Counted from the whole stretch's first letter, positions 24,591 to 39,384 are shown. The stretch: DNA of 62,706 nt, filler included, from Globobulimina sp. (GCA_003354225.1; 46 parts of 46 records of this genome joined end to end with filler, not necessarily neighbours in it), one strand, 5' to 3'. Notes: a model not told the origin generated them from the sequence alone. A program made the numbers and translations.

Positions 24591-25856
24591 CGAGGTCATA
24601 TTAACCATATTACGCGATCGTGGCATTACGGGGGCGCAGTTATTCCAAAGTAGTTTGGGTTTCAATCAGTTTTCGAATTTGTTGATCCCGGATAAAGACG
24701 ATGTGTTTCTATTGTTTAATAATGACGAACCGAGGAAGGACGTGGTGTTGATGGAGCTGTTGAAAATCATACAGATACACTCCATGAAGACAAAAGTGAA
24801 TGATATTGTGCCTAAATTTGACATTGCGAAACAAATACAGAAGTTACGCCGGATGTATTTTGATCAAGGCGGGAAAGACCATAATTCGAAATTTAATGTG
24901 ATTGAAATATTTAATGAGTCTGTCGCAGATTTTCAGCAGATTTTAATTCGATGGAAGTTTTATTTATTTGAATGGCGGAAAGTGATCGCTTCGTTGCGTG
25001 ATTTATATCCATTGTTGGGTTATTTTACTGTGCAGGACATGCGGTTCATATGTCAGATATTCACGCAATATCACAGATTGTGCAAAAATTCCAATAAAAC
25101 ATTAGCGCGAACGAGTAAAGTGCCAAAATTAACGGCAAAGTTTGCATTCATTGACCGGGATATCACAGATAATTACACTGAGAAACTAATTGAAGACTGG
25201 GTCTCGTTGGAAGAGAAAATATATTCCACAGAATTGAGAAATTTGCTGAAAACTAAATTTCAAAAAAGTTTAAATTATTCCAATTCAAAGAAACTGATAA
25301 AATCTATAAATTTATATCTAGAAACCAAAGAGTTTACCAATTGGTTCAATTCGGACTATTTAACATCATCCGGCAGCACACACACATTTATTTCAAATAA
25401 CGTAAGTTTTGACTCGAATGATAAAGTACAAATAAACGATAATTTTTCAGCTGAATTGGAAAAATTTAAACAGGAAATTGTTGAATTAATGGCGTCTGAG
25501 CCAAATACGATTGAATTGTTAAAAGAAGTGACACCGTTTGATGAGCGTAAAATATTTGGCTTATTAGGTGAATATTTAACTGCAGCGTTCCCCAAACATT
25601 TGACCCATTTCCATTCATCCATACGGTCGCGAAGTATACAACAAATGTTTGCAACAAAAACCCCAAAAAGTTTCATAAATGAGTCTGAACCGAATGACGA
25701 CATGAAAGGTAAAGAAGAAAAGCAAATTGGTTGGGTCCGATCAGGCATTACATTGTATCAAACCAACTCAAATGATTTGATATTATCCCGTGTGATCAAA
25801 TTATTTTCCTTTGTCAATCAGCCACCGCATGCTTCACAAATATTAATGTGTAGTCA
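24591..25856 (+). CDS. Internal fragment of a large protein, possibly RNF213/mysterin-like
   Basis: W...LRDLYPLLGYFT and PPHASQILMC resemble the region preceding the RNF213 AAA modules (recalled). Confidence 0.35.
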
Positions 25857-25956
25857 NNNNNNNNNNNNNNNNNNNNNNNNNNNNNNNNNNNNNNNNNNNN
25901 TTAATTAATTAANNNNNNNNNNNNNNNNNNNNNNNNNNNNNNNNNNNNNNNNNNNN

Positions 25957-27077
25957 TTCGTTTCTTGTAGAACATTTCCATAAATATTGCAGCTTTTTAT
26001 TTTTTATGCCGTCTCCAAGCACTTCAATTACAAATCTTCTTTGCGTTTTTCCTTTTGTAACCGCCTCAATATTGGTAATAGCCATTAATTGTATGGAGTT
26101 ATTAAATTTTTTCCTTTCCTTTACAACTTTGGTATCAATTATATTTCTTCGAATATCACTCCATAAAATATATGAATCTTTGACAATAACCCATCGCCTT
26201 TGTAATCTGTATGGTATTTGACCCTGTCGTTTCTCTAAAAATCCCTCCAACTGCGGCAACCTGCTTTTCTTACAGGTTATGCCATGGATCTCTTGCAAGG
26301 CCACTTTTGTTTTCACGCGTTTTAAATTAATAAATGGATCTCGATCTGTGACGCTCTTTTCCTCTGTCACACCCACACTGCGTTGAGTTTGTATATATGT
26401 TGACAATAACCTTTGTGTTTGCGGTGAAAATAAGCAAACAATGTCATAATATTTGTTAGCAGTGGCAATGGTTAACGGCGTCTCATTTTTGATGTTTGCA
26501 AGAGATGAAACAGCGGTATATTTGGTCAACAAAGTCACAATCTTAAGATTATTAATTCGAACTGCTGAATGTAGCGCTGATTCACCAAAATCATTTTGTC
26601 TGTTTGGCTGTGTATACAGTACGTATACAATGTAAATAGAATGATAAAAAAATATATCCACTTAACAGAGATTCCATTTGTGAGCAAGTATAAAATAAGA
26701 TTATATGATTCATTTTGTACAGCAATATGTAACGCATTATTACCATTTTCAAATTGTACATTTAGTAATTCCAATGACGGATATTCTTCAATAAAATGCA
26801 TAACCACGGCATCATTGCCAGTTTGAGTGGCAATTTTAAAGCCATTAACTGCTTTCTCTGCAAATTCTGATGTATCATAAGTATATGATAATGAATTGTT
26901 GGATGGGGGGCAATCACTGTCAGTATACGTATCCGTACGCGTACTATAGCTAGTGTTGATGTCTGTTGATGAAGAATCATGTGGTGTAATTTTATCATTA
27001 TTTTGTCGACGATCAGTTTTTAGAAGATCTTCACCAACTTTAACACCAACTTCATCTGCACAACACGCTGAACCCAT
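25957..27077 (-). CDS. Ankyrin-repeat + PH-domain protein with MGSACC acylation motif; intron 26608-26666
   Basis: GNNALHIAV; spliced NGISPNRQNDFGESALHSAV; LEGFLEKR...QRRWVIV. Confidence 0.85.
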
Positions 27078-27331
27078 GGATGGAAGCTGAATAGATCACT
27101 TCACTAATTTTTTCAAGTGAGGTTTTCACAATTTTACTGAATGATGAATATTATAATCAAAACAATACACAATCGACCATATGGGTTGGAGATATGTTCA
27201 AATAATACTGTTTGGGAAATCNNNNNNNNNNNNNNNNNNNNNNNNNNNNNNNNNNNNNNNNNNNNTTAATTAATTAANNNNNNNNNNNNNNNNNNNNNNN
27301 NNNNNNNNNNNNNNNNNNNNNAAATGTATCA

Positions 27332-28586
27332 GTGTCGTGTTTATCAAATAATGCAGAAATAAAATATAACATGACACCGACACCGCAAACATTTACATTA
27401 ACCGATAATGACTATCTATATCGGAATGATATTGATATTTACGAAGGTGTTTTGGAAGTGGAAAATGATACAATTATTGAAGAATATGCATATGGTGACG
27501 CTGAATATGATTATGGTTATGATTTTGAGCAATTTGAATTTGAATTTGATGCTGACAAAACCAGCAATAATATAAATATAAATAATGATTCATTAATTGA
27601 TTTAAAACAGAAGCGAGAGTCTGTAGAGTTAGAATTATTAATTAATGATAAACAATTTATTAATCAGTTAAATATGGAATTAAATGAGTACGGATACGAT
27701 AATCCTCAGCAATTATTACAACAAGTATGGGATCAGCAAATTCAAATCGATCGCAATCACCAAATTGTTGAAATATTAGAGTGTTTAAATAATAATATTA
27801 ATGTTAATAATAATAATAATAATGAATGTATGGAAGAGACTGTAGAGACTAAAGAGACTACAGAGAAGGAGAAAAAACAAGAAAAGGTCAAAGAGAAAGT
27901 GGAAGAGAAAGAGAAAGAGAAAGGGCAAGAAAAAGAGAATCGAAAAGAATCGGATGAAGATGATGATATTATATGTGATGGGGAGATATTTCATAATAAA
28001 TATATGGTTGGACATAAGATAAACGAAGGAGGATTTGGGTCGGTCTGGCAAATAATTGACAACAATTTGTATTCAAAATGTGTAAAAATAATGGATTTAG
28101 GGGATAAGAATAATTACGAGGCACAAATTCGGCGCCGTAAAGCTTGTGTACGCGAATATAATATGACATTAAAAGCGTTCAGCGATGAGGTTATTGAGGT
28201 TGAATTATTTATTGACAATATTCATTTTATTCAATCTCCAAAAGCCTATCTAATTATGCCCTATTTTAATGGTAAGGATTTGTTTGAATTCATTGATGAC
28301 GAGGATTATTTTAAAAAAGTATCCATACAGACCATGTTACACATATTCTACAAAATGGCTGAAAAATTATACGATTTGCATTATTTTAAAAAAATTGTGC
28401 ACGGCGATATTAAGCCAGAGAATGTAATGATATTAAAGAATAATAATAATAATAGTATCGAGGTGGAAATAATCGATTATGGCATCGCTAAATCAATCCG
28501 TAACCTGTCGAGCGACACTACCTATCTTAAATCCAAAGGACACTTTGGTACCAAAGGCTATGTGGCTCCCGAATTAATGACTTATT
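27332..28586 (+). CDS. Ser/Thr protein kinase with acidic N-terminus, partial
   Basis: EGGFGSV, CVK, HGDIKPEN, DYG, GTKGYVAPE. Confidence 0.92.
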
Positions 28587-28686
28587 NNNNNNNNNNNNNN
28601 NNNNNNNNNNNNNNNNNNNNNNNNNNNNNNTTAATTAATTAANNNNNNNNNNNNNNNNNNNNNNNNNNNNNNNNNNNNNNNNNNNN

Positions 28687-28878
28687 CATCATAATATCCA
28701 ATGTATTCATTATATTCCGCAGTATGTGCGTTTTGAATATCCTCCGGTTCTTCAAGGAATATCAATGTGTCAATGCCAGCAACAACAAAAAATATTATAT
28801 ATAATACCAACATAATACATGCACATCCTACACAACCCAAAATTGCACAGCGTCTAAGATTAGTTTTACCCGGCACCA
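28687..28878 (-). CDS. Membrane protein N-terminus, partial
   Basis: ATG followed by Cys-rich hydrophobic helix. Confidence 0.35.
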
Positions 28879-29105
28879 TTGTTATATATTTACGTGAACC
28901 TAATTTACAAGTGACATGAAAATCGACTAAAAATGAAGATGATCCTTGCTTACTTCGCAGAAACATAAATGGCTTTGATATCTGTTATGTTGCTACTTAA
29001 TGCTTGTTTGGAAGATAAAATTAAAAATATATCATAAAACTTAAGACGATGAATTAGTTTGGTTGCTAACTGATTTCCACAAAATAAAAATAAAAAACTC
29101 TCTAC

Positions 29106-29951
29106 ATGTCAATCATGGCAGAAGAGAAAGACGAAAAAACTAACTTACCAACAATCCAACAATCCACCACATCATTCACACCAACGCCGCCCACACACAA
29201 TGTAAAAACAAAAGGGTCCAGCTCAGCTTCAACACTTTTATCCGCAGACTACAATCGAAGTCACAACCCGAAAAAAGATGAATTAGTTCAAACTGCATCC
29301 ATTCGCATCTTAGAAGTCGAATCATTATTAGACAAATTAAACAGTCACATCGATAAACACCATCGCAAATCCTCGCAGCAACTGCAAAATTTCGAACAGG
29401 TATATTCCATATTATATATACGCAAAATCGCACTATTCCACCCATGAAAAACATTCGTCCACACAACACAAACACATACAAACATAACAGATCCATACAG
29501 AATTAAGCAAAATCCAATCCACTCTCATATTGGACAACAAAAACGATCCCAAAAACAGCCACAAACCATCGCAAATCGATCCATTTATAATCATCGCCTC
29601 AAACGACACAAAGTCGGACGATTCCGACGAAAAAGATGATGAAAAATATGACAACAACAACGACATCGAAACCATCCATAACAGCTTAGCGGCACTCGAA
29701 CCATTCCAATCTTTAGTGTCCAAAATGCAGCAAAACGTCGATCCAAATCATAAAATAACCTTTGAAAAACGCAGCAGTATCAAAGTGAAAGCGTCTGAAT
29801 TAGATTCCATCCATGTTTACGTCAACCAACATCGGCACAAAATGCAACAGAAAACCTTCCAATACGAAGAGAAGAAAAAGCAATTATTCTCAGCAAAACA
29901 GAGGTTAAACGCCGCCAAAACGCGGTTTAAAAAACGTTTAAAAAAATCCAA
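29106..29951 (+). CDS. Hypothetical coiled-coil protein, partial; intron 29400-29490
   Basis: Removing GTATAT...AACAG joins the two ORFs in phase 0. Confidence 0.55.
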
Positions 29952-30297
29952 NNNNNNNNNNNNNNNNNNNNNNNNNNNNNNNNNNNNNNNNNNNNTTAAT
30001 TAATTAANNNNNNNNNNNNNNNNNNNNNNNNNNNNNNNNNNNNNNNNNNNNATAAATGAAATGCGCGATCAACTCTTATCTTGTTGTGGACGCAAAATGT
30101 ATAATATCAGTAGGTTTACATCTTAATAGGATCACTATTTATTACGAGTACAAAAAGATCGAAAACCAAAAAAAAACCAATATACCAAAAATATGCACAA
30201 AAACAAAATACTTGTCAGGTAATTAATTACTGCAATATGTATAAAAATATGTTATTGATAATAAATACATAAATTAATAGGATACACAAAAGTCTAT

Positions 30298-31316
30298 TTA
30301 TTCATATTCGTCATCGCGCACTGGATCAAAATCAAACTCATCCCCCCAATTATCGTCCCTTCCGGCAAAATGTTTCTTTCTTATAGTACCACGCAAATAA
30401 TCTTTCTTCACAGAAACAATAAAATTATCTCTATCCTCAAAGAAATGTTTAGGAAACGTCATGAATTTGATGGGAATCGCAGTCAACGACCCAGTCACAA
30501 TCGCCATGGCCAACGTAACACCAATACCCGCAATCTGATAACCAGCCTGTTGTTTTAATGTATATTCACCAAACGGATAATCCTCATGCTCCATATCAAC
30601 ATATTTATCCCCACCGCTCGCCGCTGCCAACGCAATACACGACACAATGCCACCGAGTACGCCTGGCATACCATGTAAGTTATGGATGCCGCAGGTGTCC
30701 GATATATTAAATTTCTCCTCCAGGAAATCAGATAAATATTCGTATCCAATCACAGATAATGTGCCAGCAACAATACCCACCGCTATCGCTACGGAAGGGT
30801 TTAAATATAAATCGGCGGCGGCACCGACCGCTACACCACCCGCTAACGTCGCATTTTGTATGTGTACCATGTCGAATTTGCCTTTCTTCACCAAACGCGA
30901 CACTATGAATGTTGCAGCAGTGGAACCACATAAACCTAACACTGTATTGACAAAGGCGCGATCCATGAAATAATACTCTCGATTGGCAAAATAGCCATTG
31001 AAAGAGGGCCAATATAGCCATAAAAACAATGTTCCGATCATGGAGAATATATCGGAATGGTACGTTGATTTTCGTTCTTCAGCCTCGTCATCGGATATCT
31101 TACCGCACCAAAATGAGACTGTTAAACCAAAATAAGCGCCAAAGGTATGTACCAAGATACTGCCACCAACGTCAACTACGCCTAAATAGTGAGCACAGAT
31201 AAAAAAATTCATCGCCCAAAATATCAATTCGAAGAAGCACATCACTAATAATTGACCTATATACATTTTATTTTGTTTTTCTATAACAGTAAAATGAAAT
31301 AAATGGACGTACCTGG
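30298..31316 (-). CDS. Rh-type (Rh50) ammonium/CO2 transporter, 5' partial; intron 31257-31312
   Basis: DVGGSILVHTFGAYFGL, FLWLYWPSFN, HIQNATLAGGVAVG, DTCGIHNLHGMPG. Confidence 0.95.
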
Positions 31317-31416
31317 NNNNNNNNNNNNNNNNNNNNNNNNNNNNNNNNNNNNNNNNNNNNTTAATTAATTAANNNNNNNNNNNNNNNNNNNNNNNNNNNN
31401 NNNNNNNNNNNNNNNN

Positions 31417-32545
31417 TATTGGTTTTGATAAATCTATCACGCTCAAAGTATTGTTAATAACTATTGGCTGTGTAATTGAGGCATTGGCTGCCAATTTCAA
31501 AACATTATGCGTTGGCTTTTTAATTTCTCAAACAGCGATTAGTTATGTCGCACTTGGTTATATTGCATGGATATTACCAACAAAATATGCCAAACAGCAA
31601 TTATCAAACAATTATGCTATTGGTTCAATATTTTTTTTAATTGGTCCGATTTGCAGCGGAATTGTTTACAAAATATTCAACGATTACCGTATTATATTTA
31701 TATTAAACGCAGCTGTCATGATGTTGTTGCTCATTTTTTGCTGCTGTTTTGTTTGGGGCCAACAGAAAGGGATAGAAACAATACAGATCTCTTTTTTTGC
31801 AAAAACTGGCACAATGACTGAGAATGAAGCATTAGCACCGACAGAGTCTGCAGATGAAAATGTATTTGCTGCAGCTGACCAAGAAAAAATATTTCCGGCA
31901 TTTATTACCTCACAAAAAGAAAACAAACAGTTAACGTTGTTTTTTTCTAGAAATATAGCGCCATTACAATTTTACCTGATCATTAGCATCATAACAGAAT
32001 TGGGAATCTTTTTCAATTTCGAGGCAATTTTTGTGACTTATTTTGTGCCATTTATGCTTCAAAAATTCGATTCTGATAATTATAGCAAAACAGACATTGT
32101 TTTATTTTCGACGTTGCAGATTGTTGCCTTAACACTCTCAATGATTCTTTCATTTGTTATAACACCTAAACTCTATAAATATGTTAATCACAATGCATTG
32201 CCAATTATATCAATAGTATTAATATTTGTTTCTTCTCTGTGTTATTTGCTTGATATGAACTCGATTCATTGGTTTTGGGCAAATATAATAATGATTGGCG
32301 CATCACTGGGCACATTATTCGTCATTTTGGAATATTCATTGTTGGATGTTATGCCGCCAAAAGATGCCGGAAAAATTAATGGTATCAAAGCATTGTTGCA
32401 TAATATTGTCAGATCACTGTATTTATTATTTATTGGGCTGTATTGGGAGCGTGCTTCGGGATCAATGGTTTATGTAATGCAAGTTTCGTGTGTTATTGGT
32501 TTAGCATTCCGTTGTCTCAGAATGATCGTACTAAGAAATCAATAG
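31417..32545 (+). CDS. Major facilitator superfamily transporter, 5' partial
   Basis: Multiple TM helices; GPICSG; PPKDAGKING. Confidence 0.75.
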
Positions 32546-32873
32546 ACTGATCGATGTATTTTTAATTAATTTAGATTTCTTAGTGTTTTGAAGCATAAGA
32601 CTGCTCGATGTATTTTGTCAATTGTCCACTTGAAGAATATGATTTGAAATGTTATACCATATAACGCCACAAATTATGGTTNNNNNNNNNNNNNNNNNNN
32701 NNNNNNNNNNNNNNNNNNNNNNNNNTTAATTAATTAANNNNNNNNNNNNNNNNNNNNNNNNNNNNNNNNNNNNNNNNNNNNAATTACACAGAACAAACCC
32801 AACACAAAGCTCTAGCAAACAGTTTACCGTTTCTGTATAAAAACATGTCCAAATTGAACCAGGCAGTGTAAAC

Positions 32874-34046
32874 ATGTCACTAAGACAAGGAACATATCAA
32901 TGGGATATTGATGATCCCACATTAATTCACAAAATAATAAATGCAGCAAATACTGAACAATTTGAATCGGATATATTTAGAATTAGACAAATTAATTGGA
33001 GAATTAAGATATATCCAAATGGATGTGAAAAAGATCGAATTGGTTCATTTGATGTGTTTCTCAAATTAATAACATTACCATCATCATGGAAAAGTATTAT
33101 AATTAACAGAACCGTTCAATCCCCACAAACAAAATCCAGTTCTACAGTCATAAGCACATATACTAAGAGTGGTAACTCATTTGGATGGCGAGCAAATACA
33201 TTGCGATTCCAAGAGATCAAAGAGTCAAAGTTTAATAAATTAATATTTGTGGTTCAAATCAAAATATTACGAATTATATTAAAAGAAAATGATAAAATAT
33301 TCTATGATTATAAATTTAATTGGATAAAACATCAAAAAATAATTTGGAATTTGGATGAAAAAATATTTAGAAATGCTAAAAAAATATATAATGGAAAACA
33401 GTTTGAAAGTAAAATATTTAGTAATATGTGGAGTATTGCATTGTATCCAAATGGAGATACAGCAGATTATAATGGAAAATGTATTGTTATTTTGATATTA
33501 TGTGCCTTTCCATTAACTGTATCTGCTGTTGATATTCAATGGAATCTATCCATTCCACAAATTAATTTTAAACGAACACAAACTGATAAATTTACAATTG
33601 GAAAAGGTGGTAAGTGTATATCAGTTGGATCATTTAATGATTTTTCAAACGTGAAAGAAATGGAAATAATGATTGATGCGTTAATATTAAAAGAATATGA
33701 TTCAAATAATAAAGAAATTGAAATTAAATCAACGGAAAATGAAGAAGAAAAATATGATTTTATGGATAATAATAAATATTTGCAAGGCGTGAATGAAAAA
33801 TTAGATTTATTACAACAAAAAAATGATGCAATGAGTTATCAGTTAAAATTATATGATGCAAAAATTAACTCTCTTTCATCAAATTTTAATCAGAAAATGC
33901 AAGAAATGAGATCGATGAATGAGACGCAAATCAAATCATTAAATGATAGAATATCAACAATTTTTGAGGAAGAACAAAAAGAAAATGTGAGTGAAATAAA
34001 TAAATTAAAACAAGAAATAAATAAAATAAAATTAAATGCAAATCAG
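32874..34046 (+). CDS. Tandem MATH-domain protein with coiled coil, partial
   Basis: FESDIF...WRIKIYPNG...FLKL and FESKIF..MWSIALYPNG. Confidence 0.85.
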
Positions 34047-34273
34047 NNNNNNNNNNNNNNNNNNNNNNNNNNNNNNNNNNNNNNNNNNNNTTAATTAATT
34101 AANNNNNNNNNNNNNNNNNNNNNNNNNNNNNNNNNNNNNNNNNNNNGTGCTGTTTATGGTGCTGTTTAGGAACAACAACACAAAAAGGAAAGAATGGCCA
34201 TTGTTTATATAGTTGTTGTTCAGCACTGATATTTGATTCCGAAGCCAGTAAAGTAACCAACTCATTTTATGGA

Positions 34274-35411
34274 ATGGGCGGATTAATCAATATATTGGCA
34301 TATGGTACAAAGTATAGTCCATCAGAGGTTATTACTGGATTGCATTTAATACGAATGTTACAGAAACATTATGGCAAAATTGATGAGAATTACGATTTAA
34401 ATCCGATTCAGTATAAAGCCGTAAATAATAATGAATTATTGGACGAATGTCTATATTACACATTATATGCAAATGCAGCCTATGGAATACCATTATATTC
34501 GATGACGAATCCATGTTTTATATGCTGTGCGCCTCCATGTTGTCTACCAAGTAATTTTGATGACAAATTCTCGGATAAAACAATACCTGAAACTGATAAG
34601 TTAATACTACGAGAAAATAAATGTTGTTATGGAGTACAAATCGACAATGCTTCATTTAAAACATTTATCAGTCGAACAGATTGCAAACATCCCCAAAATG
34701 AAATATTATTAGTTTCGCAAATTGGTGGATTGCATAAAGTAAATTTTTATGTGGTTATTGATGCTGTAAAAGAATGTTTAGTTATCGCGATACGAGGAAC
34801 ATTGTCCTTATCCGACAGCATAACCGATGCAAACACAGAACCACAATTATTTGATGAATATGTTAACACAGATTGTGAATGTTACGTACATAAAGGCATT
34901 GGGCAATGTTCTGTTGATACATTCAATAAAATTATGAAAAGCAAATCAATTTTAAAGTTTGTTCGAAATGAAAAATATAAACATTATGGAATTATAATAT
35001 GTGGACATTCGCTCGGTGCTGGAACCGCTGTTTTATTATCACTTATGTTTAAATATGGCATTAATGAAAATTTAAAATATTTCATAAATGATCAGCGCAA
35101 AACATTTAAAGCATATGCTATTGCTCCGCCTGCTGTTATTGATAAAGAGTTTGCGTTCAAAAAACAAAACGAAATCTCTCAATTTCTGACCTGTGTCATT
35201 TTTCAGCACGATATGATTCCGAGATTGTCCTTTGTCGGTTTGGTGGCTGCGAGAGCTGCGATAAGTATATTATTAAACGAATTGAATAAAACAGGTAATG
35301 GGCCATGGTGGGTCTATAGAAAAGCAATGACCATGAAACAGAATACGATTTTGGACGCATTGCCGGATGATTGTATCTATTGTAATGCAGAAGAAAAACA
35401 TGACGACGATG
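34274..35411 (+). CDS. Class 3 lipase, diacylglycerol-lipase-like, partial
   Basis: YANAAYG, IAIRGTLSLSDSITD, VHKG, GHSLGAG, DMIPRLS. Confidence 0.9.
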
Positions 35412-35511
35412 NNNNNNNNNNNNNNNNNNNNNNNNNNNNNNNNNNNNNNNNNNNNTTAATTAATTAANNNNNNNNNNNNNNNNNNNNNNNNNNNNNNNNN
35501 NNNNNNNNNNN

Positions 35512-36506
35512 AACGAAGCTAATGAAACCAGCATATCTGCATCGTCCTGGTTGGAGAATACAACAATAATTGGGAATAACGCATAAAATAAGTCATATAC
35601 AATATCTATGGAACACAAAATGGTCTCAAATAATATTCCATGACAAAATATTGGTTTAAATGCGTACAATGACCATAATATAGCATTTGATAAACAATTT
35701 AAAAATAAAAAAACTGAAAATAATATGATAAACTTTGAATCATAAGCAAGGAAAATGTTGCTATCATCACTGGTGCCGTTATATAACAACAATGCGTTTG
35801 ATTGCAATAACACTTCGATGATCTCTGATAATATTCGCATAATTATCCATTTCCCTGTATCCACTCCAAAATTGCTTGTCCACCACGCAGAAATTGACGA
35901 AAATGTAGATATAATGGGCCAACTGTTCCATTTTGGCACATTTGTGCTTGCTTTCAATTGGCCCTTTCTGTATTTTATGGAATCAACAACTAATTTAAAC
36001 ACAAAGTAAGCAGTCATCATAAGTAAGATAGTGCTTAATAGGGAAAACGCAAAGCATTTGGCAATGGAGGAAGATGACTGGCTGTTATATCTGTAGCCAT
36101 AGGATCGCCCGGACCATAATTTGCGGTTACTGACTGTGGCACTTTTGGCTGTCCAACATTCGTTAGTTACTCCTCGCGGCTCACCAGTCAAAATTGAATG
36201 TTGTTGGACTTCGCTCCATGAAAGAAAATCACACCAATAATCGTCAAGCACCAATGATAACACTTGACCGACGGCATAGGAAATACATAAAATCAATATA
36301 AATATGGTGATTAATATAATAATGATACGAGCTGCGAAGAATTCATTCGCTAATAATTTTCTCCATGGATAAGTGCGTTGCACTGAAGCTAAAGACAAAG
36401 ATTGATTGCTATTTGTTGCGCTACCACTAACTGATTGGATTGAATCTATTTTAGTATGACTTTCTCTTTTGCCGATTTCTGTCAATTCAGTCGTTGTTTG
36501 TGTCAT
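35512..36506 (-). CDS. Multi-pass membrane protein, 3' partial
   Basis: 348-aa ORF with several TM helices. Confidence 0.55.
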
Positions 36507-36876
36507 TTTTTTTGTGATGTTTCATTAATAAAAAAAACCGCACTGAAAAGTGAAAACTAAGAATTTCATTTCTATCACTACCGTCAGTAGCAACGGTGGC
36601 AATTTAGGATATGCACAAATTGTAGAACATTTGAAATCATACGTTCAAAGTAATCAAACATTTGCAGAATTGGTAAATAATTCATTTGAAGAAGCAGGTC
36701 ATGGTTTAAATTCAATAAATCCAATGCATTATGAAGATATGTATGGATTTTTTAATATGATGTTAACTTAATCTGANNNNNNNNNNNNNNNNNNNNNNNN
36801 NNNNNNNNNNNNNNNNNNNNTTAATTAATTAANNNNNNNNNNNNNNNNNNNNNNNNNNNNNNNNNNNNNNNNNNNN

Positions 36877-37438
36877 CAGCAATATGAAATTCATGGACGA
36901 ATCCATCAAATATCAATCTCAGGTCGCTCGGATATCCTTTCTCAACGCAATGTGTAATGAACACCAACAATTTTAGATATAAATTCACAGAACAAATGAA
37001 TGAAGAACTTAACAATATCACTGTTAATAGTGGCGATACAAACCATTTTGAAGCTATTTCTATTCAAGTTATCGATCCATTAAATTATACAACAACAGAA
37101 TTACCGAAACTAACTCCGTCAAACACCGGAAATGATGGTCTTGATACCACTATGATATTGATCATCATATTGGTTATTCTGTGTTGTTTATCAGGACTCA
37201 GTTATCCAATGTACTTGACGCGATAAATAAAACTGCAGATATTAATATTGATAATGGGAAACATTATGAGATTAAAGTGAGTGAGACTGCTATTGGACAC
37301 AATGAGGATTACGATCAAAATCTGGATAATATTAAGAATATTCCAAGTGAGTTAGAGGATGATACTCATGATGATATAGATGAGATTGTTGATGATATCA
37401 ATCAAATAACACAGGAAGGTGGCGAATATATCCAATGA
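36877..37438 (+). CDS. C-terminus of a single-pass membrane protein with a frame break near 37200
   Basis: TM helix followed by an acidic tail in another frame. Confidence 0.3.
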
Positions 37439-37627
37439 TGTGATTGAATGGATCACTCAGACACGATATCATAAATGAATTAAAGCCAACTTTTCTGTTA
37501 GTTTGTATCTTTCTTTTATTCTGTTAACGTTTAGATTATAAAAAACACTTAAATGTGATTGTTCGCGTTGTAAATTTAGTGATCGGACTGTTCCAAGATC
37601 AAAAACCATAAAATTATAAAATTATTT

Positions 37628-38141
37628 TCATTCTGTCAACAATGAATAAACATTTTGTTCTTTAAAACTGTACTGATCAATGCCACATAACTCACAGTCA
37701 AATTTATCAATATCATATCTATATCGATTATATTCCTTTTGATACTGTTCAATCTCAATGCTTTTAATTCCTTTCTCTTTATAAACTTTAAGCAACACAT
37801 CCAACCAAAACAACTCAATTTTTCCAATTTTATTGCGTTGATTTGAAAACAACTTAATTTTTCCATATTTATTTATTTTAAATCCATTCCCAATAAATTT
37901 GCCATCGACACATACACCAAATATCGACTCGTACATTGTTTCATATTGACAGTATTTCAAAGACTTTACATTTTTAATAATAACATCGCCGGATTTACAT
38001 TTTATTCCATTCAAACTCCATTCCACTTTTCCGTTATATTGATAACAAATAACACCAATCATTTGTTGATTCTGTGTTGATTTCATAGCCACACCACTGA
38101 TATCAGTAAAATCTGATACATTATGAATACACCATTCAACA
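37628..38141 (-). CDS. Hypothetical protein, partial
   Basis: 154-aa ORF. Confidence 0.35.
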
Positions 38142-38241
38142 NNNNNNNNNNNNNNNNNNNNNNNNNNNNNNNNNNNNNNNNNNNNTTAATTAATTAANNN
38201 NNNNNNNNNNNNNNNNNNNNNNNNNNNNNNNNNNNNNNNNN

Positions 38242-39384
38242 AAAAAAATAATTTGTGACTTTTTTACATCATTATGTGTCGTCATTAAAAATGGTTCAGG
38301 AACGATAAAAGCTGGATTTTCAGGTCATAACAAGTTAAAACCAGATACTACATTCCCATCCATTGTCGGCAGACCACGTCATCAAGGCATTGTTGGTATG
38401 AATATAACGACTTGTGTTGGTCACGAAGCACACGCAAAACGAGGGATATTAACACTTAAATATGCCATAGAACATGGTACTGTTACAAGTTGGGATGATA
38501 TGGAAAAAATATGGCATTACACATTTTATCAAGAATTGCTGGTTCAACCTCAAGACTGCCAAGTATTACTCACAGAAAAGCCATTAAATCCAAAAGCAAA
38601 CAGAGAGAAAACGGTGCAAATTATGTTTGAAACATTTAACGTTTCTGCTTTGTACCTTGCTGTTGATTCCGTGTTATCTCTATACGCAACGGGGAGATTA
38701 ACCGGTTGTGTTATGGATATTGGAGGCGGCGTCAGTCATTCTGTGCCAATTTATGAAGGGCATTGTCTTAAACATGGTGTGTTTAGGTTGGATTTAGCAG
38801 GCCGGGATTTGACTGGTTTTTTAATGAAGATTCTCACAGAAATTGGTTATAGTTTTAGCACTTCTGCAGAAAGACGCTTTGTCAAAGATATTAAAGAAAA
38901 ATATTGTTATGTTGCTTTGGATTATTATAAAGAGATGGAAAAATATGAAATCTCTGGTGAGCTTGAAAGAGAATATGAGTTACCCGATGGACAAGTTATT
39001 GTCATTGGAAACCAAAGATTTCGAGCAGTGGAGCCATTGTTTCGTCCGAGTTTTATTGGACTATCAGCGGTTGGTATTGATTGGCTTTTGGATAATTCGA
39101 TTGTTAATTGTTGGAAGGATATAAGGCGGGAAATGTATGCAAATATTGCTTTGAGTGGCGGAGGATCAATGTTTGAAGGGATGGCAGAAAGAGTTAAACA
39201 AGAAATGCTACGGAGAGCGCCAAGTAAAATGAAGGTTGGAGTTATTGCGCCGTTGAATAGGGATAATTTAGCATGGATTGGAGGAGCTATGTTTGCCTCA
39301 ACCTCAATATTTAATGATTTGATGATTACAAAGGATGATTATGACAGTGATGGTCCGGGAATAGTTCATCGAAAGTGTTTTTGA
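38242..39384 (+). CDS. Divergent actin / actin-like protein, 5' partial
   Basis: Frame open from contig start: [56 protein letters not shown]. Confidence 0.95.
   Translation, partial: KKIICDFFTSLCVVIKNGSGTIKAGFSGHNKLKPDTTFPSIVGRPRHQGIVGMNITTCVGHEAHAKRGILTLKYAIEHGTVTSWDDMEKIWHYTFYQELLVQPQDCQVLLTEKPLNPKANREKTVQIMFETFNVSALYLAVDSVLSLYATGRLTGCVMDIGGGVSHSVPIYEGHCLKHGVFRLDLAGRDLTGFLMKILTEIGYSFSTSAERRFVKDIKEKYCYVALDYYKEMEKYEISGELEREYELPDGQVIVIGNQRFRAVEPLFRPSFIGLSAVGIDWLLDNSIVNCWKDIRREMYANIALSGGGSMFEGMAERVKQEMLRRAPSKMKVGVIAPLNRDNLAWIGGAMFASTSIFNDLMITKDDYDSDGPGIVHRKCF

Noticed and set aside
36550..36776. Phosphatidylserine decarboxylase-like N-terminal fragment
   Set aside because: Too short, with no diagnostic motif
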